64,000 nt of DNA from Bacteroidota bacterium. GTDB lineage: Bacteria > Bacteroidota > Ignavibacteria > Kryptoniales > JAKASW01. The notes beneath the pieces are model-generated. The model was not told the origin of the DNA. It saw only the letters and a program-made list of their open reading frames with translations, and made no database searches. A program made the translations under genes and the position numbers. Below, piece after piece: positions 39,300 through 46,001 of this stretch (its first letter is position 1; each line of letters opens with the position of its first letter). The DNA lies in contig JAKAMG010000014.1 in NCBI GenBank assembly GCA_021812985.1, positions 12,817 to 76,816 on the forward strand. Reading direction: 5' to 3'.

Positions 39300-40659
39300 T
39301 TCTCAGTATTCTCCTTGTCTCATCTTTCAGTTTAAAACGATCGTCCACTCTCAGGCCGCAGAGCCAGATTATTCCATCCCTGTTGTTCAGGACCAGGACG
39401 CTGTTCTTCTGGTACACCGGGATCTTACTGTCGACGAGAAAGTCGCTTATTTTCTTCCTCCCGCCCATGCCGAGCGGCATGAACCAGTCGCCCGGGTGCC
39501 AGTTGCGGAGCGTGAGCGCCTCGCCCGCAAGGTCAGCATCCACAAACTCAACAACGGGGGAGAGGGAAAAGTGCACATCCTTTCTTTCGACCACCTCGCT
39601 GCTGAAGTAAAACTCCTCGAACTCGTATTTTTTGCCGGGAATGATCTCCGCGATGAATTCTGCGGGCTCCTTCGGGTGCCTGATGAATACCAGGTTATGC
39701 CTGTCACGGTACACTATCACATCGTTGCCGACCTCAACCGCGCTCCCCGTTTCGGAGTGGATGAGGTCCATCAACGAGTGAATTTTCGCGAAGTCCACCT
39801 CGCCCCGCACGAACTCCTTGAGTGCCATGATGAGTATGTTCTCCTGGATGAAGAGGAGCGAGTTCTTAAGCTTAAATATGTCGAGTACCAGTTTCTCGTC
39901 GTCGAACCTCTTCGAGATATTCTGGTACAGTATGTCGACTTCGTTTGTTATGAAATGGCCGAGCTGCTGGAAAATCTCTCCGGCCCTGTTCAGCGTTCCG
40001 ATTACGCCTGGGTTTACCTTCTCCTGTATCTCAGGAAGAATCTTGTGGCGGATGATGTTCCTCGTGTAATAGTTCTTAAGGTTCGAGGAATCCTCACGGT
40101 GCCTCAGGCTTTTCAATTTCGCGTATTGTTCAATCTCGTTTCTCTGCGCGAATATTAACGGTCTGATGATGTCGCCGCGCTTCACCGGTATTCCGCCGAG
40201 CCCGTTCGCGCCCGAACCGCGAAGAAGGTTGAACAAGATCGTCTCGGCGTTGTCATTAGCGTTGTGGGCGGTAGCAACCCTGGTGAAGTTCTTCAGTATC
40301 CTGACGGTCTCAAAGTACTTGTACCTTATCTCGCGCGCGACGACCTGCAGCGATGCTTTGTGCTCTACCATCTGCGCCCTCGTGTCGGCCGCGTGAACGA
40401 AGCACTCGATGCCATATCCGTCGCAGAGTGATTTCACAAACGCCTCGTCGCCGTCTGACTCGTCGTTCCTGAGGCGGTGGTTGATGTGTGCCACAGCTAT
40501 CTCGAGATGACGACGGCTCTTCAGCTCCATGAGGAGGTCGAGCAGGACGCACGAATCTATGCCGCCTGACACTCCGACGATGATCTTGTCGTTGTCGGAG
40601 ATGAGCTGGTGTTTCCTGGTGAAAGCTTCGAACCTATTGAAAAAGTCGTGTAGCATCAT
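39280..40659 (-). CDS. tilS: tRNA(Ile)-lysidine synthetase
   Basis: 459 aa with the PP-loop VGVSGGIDS near the N-terminus. It overlaps the hpt start. Confidence 0.9.
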   Translation of the reverse strand: MMLHDFFNRFEAFTRKHQLISDNDKIIVGVSGGIDSCVLLDLLMELKSRRHLEIAVAHINHRLRNDESDGDEAFVKSLCDGYGIECFVHAADTRAQMVEHKASLQVVAREIRYKYFETVRILKNFTRVATAHNANDNAETILFNLLRGSGANGLGGIPVKRGDIIRPLIFAQRNEIEQYAKLKSLRHREDSSNLKNYYTRNIIRHKILPEIQEKVNPGVIGTLNRAGEIFQQLGHFITNEVDILYQNISKRFDDEKLVLDIFKLKNSLLFIQENILIMALKEFVRGEVDFAKIHSLMDLIHSETGSAVEVGNDVIVYRDRHNLVFIRHPKEPAEFIAEIIPGKKYEFEEFYFSSEVVERKDVHFSLSPVVEFVDADLAGEALTLRNWHPGDWFMPLGMGGRKKISDFLVDSKIPVYQKNSVLVLNNRDGIIWLCGLRVDDRFKLKDETRRILRIEFGYK

Positions 40660-40975
40660 TTTGAAGAAAAATATCCCGCCTGGCGGGATTAATTTTCTAA
40701 GAAGTTATTATTTGAGGCCGTTAATTGCAATTTATGGGCCGCTGTCGTAGAAATGTGTTCCGGAGATAATTGGATGACCGGGAAACCGAGTTGGCATCGA
40801 GAGGTCCTAACGCGTAAAAAGAGGGAGGCGATCCGTGTCCTCGATATCGTTAATTCAGCCAGGATAGTCCAACCGTATCTGTCTTTCGATTGAGGCGCTC
40901 ATCGCTTATATTATTCCCGATTCATGCTGCGCGGGGAAATCTGCCCGCGGCGTTTGTTGTTCATTGTTGTCAATT

Positions 40976-41050
40976 TCGGGGTGTGGCTCAGTCCGGTTAG
41001 AGCACCTGCCTTGGGCGCAGGGGGTCGGAGGTTCGAATCCTCTCACCCCG
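40976..41050 (+). tRNA. tRNA-Pro (anticodon TGG)
   Basis: Hand-folded 75-nt cloverleaf. Acceptor CGGGGTG/CACCCCG+A; D arm GCTC-AGTCCGGTTA-GAGC; anticodon arm CCTGC-CTTGGGC-GCAGG (TGG, G37); T arm GGAGG-TTCGAAT-CCTCT. No encoded CCA. Confidence 0.9.
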
Positions 41051-41207
41051 ACAGAGAAATCCTTCAATCCGTAAGGAGTTGGGGGATTTTTTTTGTTTGA
41101 ACCTCTTATTTGGTTTTCGTCTGAAAAGCTCCATTCCACGAATATGGCACTGCATCTCCGCGCTTGAAAACCGCATGTTCGCCTTACGCTCGAAGAGGGA
41201 AGTCTCC

Positions 41208-41564
41208 ATGGCAACGCTCATGTCGGCCGTGCGGGCCGCGCAACGCAAGGGGGCGAAGGGGGAAGAGGACTGCGCTCTGACACTTGAGCATCGCGGCAGG
41301 GGACTCGCCTGCAACGCTGAACTCGATATCGCCAACAGGATCCTTGCATCCACCGAAGAGAAATACGAGCAGGATCTCCGGAATATTCAGATCACCATCG
41401 AGCGCCTGCGGACCGGCCTGACCACCAGCGAGAACAAAACCGTCATCACTTCGCCCGTCGATGGCATCGTCGTGGAACTCCGTTCCACTCCTAAGAGCCA
41501 GCGGAAGTCATCGTACTCTGTTGTTCTTAAGGTCAAGGATGACACGTTACAGAAACACCAGTGA
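41208..41564 (+). pseudogene. possible fragment of a HlyD/membrane-fusion-protein-like gene
   Basis: An ORF from the internal ATG (MATLMSAV..) has a coiled-coil-like stretch, then ..TVITSPVDGIVVEL.., which resembles the lipoyl-like motif of periplasmic adaptor proteins. It lacks a TM or signal sequence and the rest of the protein. Confidence 0.25.
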
Positions 41565-41821
41565 CCGACATTCAGAAATAATGACGATCAGGAAATTTCG
41601 CAGCGGAGCGTTCAGTCACGCCTTGCGGGATGCCGCGTCATTTCATATAACTATAATGTCAGAGCGGCAAAACAAATATGGAGTTACTCTATTCCGTATG
41701 TCTCTTCGGCTTTTTATTTGTTTCAGCGGAGCGGAGAAATTTCCGGTCATTTTTTCTGCAGTCTTGACCCTTTGGTTCTTTCGTGTCAAGACGAAAGAAC
41801 AAGAATCTATCGTCTGCAGAA

Positions 41822-41905
41822 AGTATCATAAAGCGATACTCCATGTAGCTGACAGCTCACCGTGTCTCCCGATCTCCCGGTCACCACGTCCCCTTTCCCT
41901 GATCC
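41822..41905 (+). repeat. left copy of an imperfect direct repeat bracketing the TA cassette
   Basis: agtatcataaagcgatactccatgtagctgacagctcaccg...tctcccggtcaccacgtcccctttccctgatcc aligns by eye with 42483-42652. The shared blocks are agtatcataa, tgtag, agctca, caccg, tctccc(c/g)gtcacca, and ccctttccc(t)gatc. Confidence 0.45.
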
Positions 41906-41982
41906 TCGCGACGATCCGATCAAATCTCCCTCATCTTGTTTGGCCAGCGAATTTTCGATAATTTTCTTTAAAGAGGACCGTT

Positions 41983-42183
41983 ATGAGCAAAACACTTCTT
42001 GTAAAACCGCGGACAAAGGCCGACCTGAAGCTGCTTTCCGAACTGCTCAGGAAACTGAAAATCGAATCCAGCCTGGTCGATGATGAACAGCTTGAGGACG
42101 CAGGGCTGACACTGTTGATGAAAGAGGCGGACAGATCCAGGAAAGTCAGTCGCGACCTCATAATGAAGAAGCTCAGCCGTTAG
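41983..42183 (+). CDS. small antitoxin-like protein paired with a RelE/ParE toxin
   Basis: 66 aa with RBS aaagagg upstream. Its stop overlaps the GTG of the downstream toxin frame by 1 nt. Small charged helical protein (..ADLKLLSELLRKLKIESS..). Assignment rests mainly on operon position. Confidence 0.5.
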   Translation: MSKTLLVKPRTKADLKLLSELLRKLKIESSLVDDEQLEDAGLTLLMKEADRSRKVSRDLIMKKLSR

Positions 42184-42449
42184 TGCGCGTCGAATTCTTG
42201 GACAAGTTCAGCAAAGACCTTGATAAAATCTCGTCAAATGTCACAAGAGAATCCGTGAGGCGACCTATCCTCCGGGTGGAGTCTGCCGGGTCGCTGCGGG
42301 AAATTCCACAATTGAAGAAACTTTCCGGGTTCAAGGCAGCATATCGGCTACGTCCATGAGAATATCGTGTGGGTCTTTTTATTGAGGGGGACCATGTGCA
42401 ATTCGCGAGAATAGCTCACCGAAAGGACATCTATAAAATGTTCCCCTAG
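42183..42449 (+). pseudogene. RelE/ParE-family toxin gene interrupted by an in-frame TGA
   Basis: My translation reads VRVEFLDKFSKDLDKI...KLSGFKAAYRLRP*EYRVGLFIEGDHVQFARIAHRKDIYKMFP. The TGA at 42357-42359 replaces the residue before the conserved (D/E)YR(V/I) core. Both halves are under 60 aa, so neither appears in the ORF track. Confidence 0.7.
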
Positions 42450-42482
42450 CACCACCATGTTACCGGGCTATCATTTGCGAAG

Positions 42483-42652
42483 AGTATCATAAGATGATCC
42501 ATTTTGTAGTTAATAGCTCAGAGAGCACCGATATTGTGCTCTTACCCCGCAGTACCATCTGGACATCAACTCGTTATGCTCATTAACCACCGACTTCCCG
42601 ATTCTCCCCGTCTCCCCGTCTCCCCGTCACCAAGTCTCCCTTTCCCGATCTC
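42483..42652 (+). repeat. right copy of the direct repeat bracketing the TA cassette (with extra internal ~70-80 bp)
   Basis: agtatcataagatgatccattttgtagttaatagctcagagagcaccg...[insert]...tctccccgtcaccaagtctccctttcccgatctcc; see the left copy at 41822-41905. Confidence 0.45.
42603..42626 (+). repeat. perfect 3x tandem octamer (tctccccg)
   Basis: tctccccg tctccccg tctccccg read directly from the sequence, inside the right repeat copy. Confidence 0.9.
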
Positions 42653-42702
42653 CGCCAGGACCCCTTCTTCATCGGCCGCTCGGAAGAGCTCAACACAAAT
42701 CA

Positions 42703-42906
42703 TCACGAGCGTTCGCCGGCCAGCTTGTCAGAGCGGGGCAGGGGAACCCCTTCCAGCTCAAGACTTTCCTCCACGCCGCCGCGGCAAGGGGATATCTCTC
42801 CGCGCCCGACATCTCCGCTCCTCCCGGCCGCGAAAGAAGGGCTGCAATCGGATGGGGCCCAGGCCGGCGCAGTTTCCTCTACCGATTTCCTCGCCGCATC
42901 ATTCAT
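42703..42906 (-). CDS. hypothetical 67-aa ORF translationally coupled to the CPBP protease gene
   Basis: The ATG at 42906 is preceded by a perfect AGGAGG that starts immediately after the CPBP stop codon (42918-42920). It encodes MNDAARKSVEETAPAWAPSDCSPSF...PCRGG...DKLAGERS. No homology recognised; it may be non-coding. Confidence 0.25.
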   Translation of the reverse strand: MNDAARKSVEETAPAWAPSDCSPSFAAGRSGDVGRGEISPCRGGVEESLELEGVPLPRSDKLAGERS

Positions 42907-42917
42907 AGCTCCTCCTG

Positions 42918-43799
42918 TCAGCGGGCTGCCATGATCACAAAGGCGACTATAGCCACATCCTGCGCGGCATGTATGAGCCACGACCATCCAATTCCCTCCG
43001 TTTCGATCATCGCCTTTCCCCAGAACCATCCAGCGAATCCGGCAAGGAGAACGCCGGTCGGTCCCGAAGGATGTCCGAACCAGTGAGCCAGCCCGAACAG
43101 GGCGGAAGTCATAAGGAGGGTGTGACCCGTGCCGACGACCGGGTGTATCCGCGCGATCAGTACAGACCTGAACCTGAACTCTTCGCTCACGGCGTTCAGT
43201 GCGGCGAATACGAGGATTGCGGGAAGCGCCCGCATTGCCTTGGCCGCCATCGAGAAATTCGGATGAAGAGTCAGCGTCAGCTGCAGAACCAGCGGCAGGA
43301 CGAAGATTACTGCCAGCGCGGGACCTAGGATCGTCCAACGGACCGCGCGAATTCCGAACGGCATCCTGCTCTCCGCGTCAAGGCTCCCCTTCGATATGAA
43401 GACGTCCTTTCTGCCGAGACCGCTGCCGGAAAGGGTGAGCAGCATCAACAGGGCAGGGATGAAAGATAGCAGGGTCCTCGCGGTCATCTGGTACTCGACG
43501 GGCAACGCGCCCGCCTTGTCAATCCATACACTGCTGCTTTCTATCAACCAGCAGGCCCAGTCTCCCGCGGCGAAAGCGAGGAGCGCCAGGAAGAAGCCCC
43601 GCGCGGCTCGGAGCGAAGACAGCCTGAACGAAGCCGCCGTTACTCCCAACAGACCCGCTCCCTGAATCGCGGGGATCCACAACGAGTTTTCATTACCGTG
43701 GAGCAGGACGCGCCATATGATCTCGACGAAATTCCCGGCGCAGAGAATACCTATCCAGCATGAAAGCAAAATGGGAAAGCGCGATTTTTTGAGAGACAT
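42918..43799 (-). CDS. CPBP-family intramembrane glutamic endopeptidase (CAAX protease/Abi-like)
   Basis: 293-aa polytopic protein with the SEEFRFRS, FGLAHW and HAAQD motifs in the order typical of the CPBP/Rce1-like family. Confidence 0.85.
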   Translation of the reverse strand: MSLKKSRFPILLSCWIGILCAGNFVEIIWRVLLHGNENSLWIPAIQGAGLLGVTAASFRLSSLRAARGFFLALLAFAAGDWACWLIESSSVWIDKAGALPVEYQMTARTLLSFIPALLMLLTLSGSGLGRKDVFISKGSLDAESRMPFGIRAVRWTILGPALAVIFVLPLVLQLTLTLHPNFSMAAKAMRALPAILVFAALNAVSEEFRFRSVLIARIHPVVGTGHTLLMTSALFGLAHWFGHPSGPTGVLLAGFAGWFWGKAMIETEGIGWSWLIHAAQDVAIVAFVIMAAR

Positions 43800-44039
43800 T
43801 ACCCTGTATCCCTATATGGTGCGTGATTTCTAAAGTTAAACGAACGCGATGTGAAGAAGTTACAGCGGCCCACAGCCGCTGGTGAACGGACTGATTCCTG
43901 GGACACTTTTTTGGGAGGGGACATATAGCGTGTGGAAGGGATCTGGGCCGGCGTCATGCACTGCCCGAGCGCGCCGCCCCCTTCATGCCGGCGTCACAAA
44001 TTCAACATTCATTCACTTCAAGGCCAAAAATCAAGGAGA

Positions 44040-44693
44040 ATGAAAATGGAACAGCGACAATCACAGCCATGCCAGTATCCAGTTGGAACTGACTCGGAGT
44101 CCGCCGTCTGCGGCAAACCCACCGGCGTGCCCACCGAAGTGGGCTGGGACGGCATGACCACCCGGCTCCACCTCTGCCCGGAACATTCCGGCCAGTGCCG
44201 CCGGTTTCTCTCGATACTGCGCACGGTCTACGACCGGTTCGAGGAGGAACGCGCGGCATCGGGCGAAGTCGATGAACCTCGGCCCGATAACCGGGAGGAC
44301 GAAGAGTCTACCGAAACTTCAGATTCAGACTGGGTCTGCGACAGGTGCGGAGAGGAGATCCCGAAGGGTAATCCCTTTTTCAGCCTCGACTTCTCAATAG
44401 AGTACGTCGACAGTACGACACCCGACCGCGGCGACGAGATTGAAGTAGTCCACTCCGAAAACCTCATGACCCTCTGCGGCCCATGCGGAAACAGATACGA
44501 CTGGGACCGGCTCTTCCAGATGCCGGCTGAATTCGAGCCCGATCGCTCCGCCACCTGCAACACATTCGAAACACAGGTAATCGCCATGCTTCTGGAACGG
44601 CGCCGGATCTCCAGAGACCTCGAGGCTAAACTCGCGGCCCTGGAGCAGTCGCTCGGGGAAACCTCAATGAAATTGATGGATTCTTTAGCTTAA
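44040..44693 (+). CDS. hypothetical Cys-rich (zinc-ribbon-like) protein
   Basis: ATG 44040 has the RBS aaggag upstream. It carries CDRCGEE...CGPCGN (CxxC...CxxC) plus an N-terminal C..C..CPEH..C cluster, an acidic linker and a C-terminal coiled-coil-like tail. No family recognised. Confidence 0.5.
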   Translation: MKMEQRQSQPCQYPVGTDSESAVCGKPTGVPTEVGWDGMTTRLHLCPEHSGQCRRFLSILRTVYDRFEEERAASGEVDEPRPDNREDEESTETSDSDWVCDRCGEEIPKGNPFFSLDFSIEYVDSTTPDRGDEIEVVHSENLMTLCGPCGNRYDWDRLFQMPAEFEPDRSATCNTFETQVIAMLLERRRISRDLEAKLAALEQSLGETSMKLMDSLA

Positions 44694-44769
44694 ATCCTCC
44701 TCAGAACACAACAAACTCCTGGCCCACTTCACACACTACGTTTGTTGTCGACTCTGCTTGTTCGAACGC

Positions 44770-44798
44770 TTGACTTCATTCTGCTACAGTATTATACT
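44770..44798 (+). promoter_or_regulatory. sigma70-consensus-like promoter
   Basis: TTGACT (44770-44775), 17 nt, TATACT (44793-44798). It lies ~195 bp upstream of the hydrolase gene. Whether this lineage uses such promoters is unknown. Confidence 0.3.
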
Positions 44799-44992
44799 TA
44801 GCGAAAATCAGAGCGGCTGGAGCACCTGGTTTGGCATTGTGTGTGTGGGTAAAATTCGATTAGGTGCTCAATTGGCTCGGAAGGTGGGTATGCAAATCGG
44901 AAACCCATCTCTCCGGCAATGCTCTCTTCATATAGATACGAAGGCTCGGCCAACGACACCAATTGTGGCCAAGCATTGGCGTAGAATCAAGA

Positions 44993-45970
44993 ATGGAGAA
45001 AGCAATGCAGCAAAGTTGCAGGGGGTCGAGTGCGCATATTTTTCTCTGTAACCTACTTGTCGTAATAGCGTGTATTCTGCCGGGATCAGCTACCGCCCAC
45101 GGCAAAGGGAAAGGACCTACCCGGGGAATTATTGAGTCAAACGGGGTCTATCTTTATTATGAATCTTATGGCAGAGGAGCACCGCTGATCATACTTCACG
45201 GTGGTCCCGGCCTTGACCACACATATCTCCTTCCTCAGATGCTGAGGCTTGCGCGTCACTATCGCCTGATTTTATATGATCAGCGGGGAAGCGGTCGCTC
45301 GACCGGCAATGTAGATTCAGCCTCCATGACTGTGAAGAACTTCGTCGACGATCTTGAAGGGCTAAGGCGGGGACTCCATCTTGGAAAAATAAACTTGCTT
45401 GGACACTCGTGGGGAGGGCTGCTCGCCATGGATTATGTGATCAAATACCCTGCGAAAGTTGGCAAAATCATTCTTGTAAGTTCCATAGGGGCGGCCTCCG
45501 ACTGGGTAGCGCCCTTCGTCCACAACAGGGAATCGAGGAGGACCTTCCAGGACAGTGTCGCCCTGGCAAAGCTCACGGGCTCGGAGGCATTCGGAAAGAG
45601 GGCTCCACCAGTCATGGAACAATTTGCCAGACTCTTTTTCAAGAGCTACTTCTACACTCAATCTCTCGCCGACAGCCTCACAATTACTTTTACTCCCGAA
45701 ACTGCCAAGAACTTCCTGTCAATCTTTGGATTGATGTCGCGGGAGATAACACACTACGATATAAGATCGAAGTTGCACGAACTGACGTGCCCCGTACTGA
45801 TCCTGCATGGCGAGGATGACCCTGTGCCGCTAGAGACTGCAAAGGAAGTCCAGTCCTCTATTCCTGGTTCGAAGCTTGTGGTGCTCGGGAAGTGTGGACA
45901 CTTCCCTTTCATTGAGTCGCCGAAAGACTTCTTTGATTATTGTGAGAAGTTCCTGGGTAACGACAGGTGA
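44993..45970 (+). CDS. secreted alpha/beta hydrolase, proline iminopeptidase-like
   Basis: ILHGGPGLDHTYL, LYDQRGSGRS, the nucleophile elbow GHSWGG and a C-terminal GHFPF. The N-terminus has a signal/lipoprotein-like LLVVIACILPGSATA. Start 44993 or 45005. Confidence 0.8.
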   Translation: MEKAMQQSCRGSSAHIFLCNLLVVIACILPGSATAHGKGKGPTRGIIESNGVYLYYESYGRGAPLIILHGGPGLDHTYLLPQMLRLARHYRLILYDQRGSGRSTGNVDSASMTVKNFVDDLEGLRRGLHLGKINLLGHSWGGLLAMDYVIKYPAKVGKIILVSSIGAASDWVAPFVHNRESRRTFQDSVALAKLTGSEAFGKRAPPVMEQFARLFFKSYFYTQSLADSLTITFTPETAKNFLSIFGLMSREITHYDIRSKLHELTCPVLILHGEDDPVPLETAKEVQSSIPGSKLVVLGKCGHFPFIESPKDFFDYCEKFLGNDR

Positions 45971-46001
45971 TGATTCGTCACGGGCACAGTCAGGAATGTA
46001 G

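Noticed and set aside
39232-40158. 308-aa ORF on the plus strand.
   Set aside because: It is antisense to tilS and hpt, which carry clear family motifs, so it is a shadow ORF. The same reasoning applies to the many 60-230-aa ORFs antisense to ftsH (36710-38734), nuo genes, mltD and the T9SS cargo genes.
40673-40689. GC-rich palindrome atcccg-cctgg-cgggat with T/A-rich flanks, located between tilS and tRNA-Pro.
   Set aside because: It lies upstream of the tilS start codon and has no gene reading into it on either strand. A terminator role cannot be assigned. It may be a protein-binding site or chance.
40906-41353. Two minus-strand ORFs (102 aa and 118 aa) and the 5' part of a plus-strand 161-aa ORF.
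   Set aside because: They run across the tRNA-Pro gene, so they cannot be genuine coding regions there. Only the distal part of the plus-strand ORF (from 41208) is kept, as a low-confidence fragment.
42357-42359. The idea that the in-frame TGA in the toxin gene reflects UGA-to-Gly recoding (genetic code 25).
   Set aside because: TGA is used as a genuine stop by well-conserved genes in this window, for example nuoH at 7244-7246, nuoI at 7987-7989 and the CPBP gene. A nonsense mutation is the simpler explanation.
42590-42660. Short tandem repeats (tctccccg x3) and the flanking repeats, considered as a CRISPR array or integron attC sites.
   Set aside because: The units are 8 bp with no spacers, so this is not a CRISPR array. 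I could not identify the attC inverse core/core pair (RYYYAAC...GTTRRRY) or an imperfect palindrome, and there is no intI nearby. The repeats are kept only as unexplained direct repeats.
42534-43338. Plus-strand 124-aa ORF, and a minus-strand 211-aa ORF overlapping the CPBP gene.
   Set aside because: Both are Pro/Arg/Ser-rich shadow-frame products. The 211-aa ORF overlaps the motif-supported CPBP gene out of frame. Only its last 67 codons, which have their own RBS after the CPBP stop, are kept as a low-confidence candidate.
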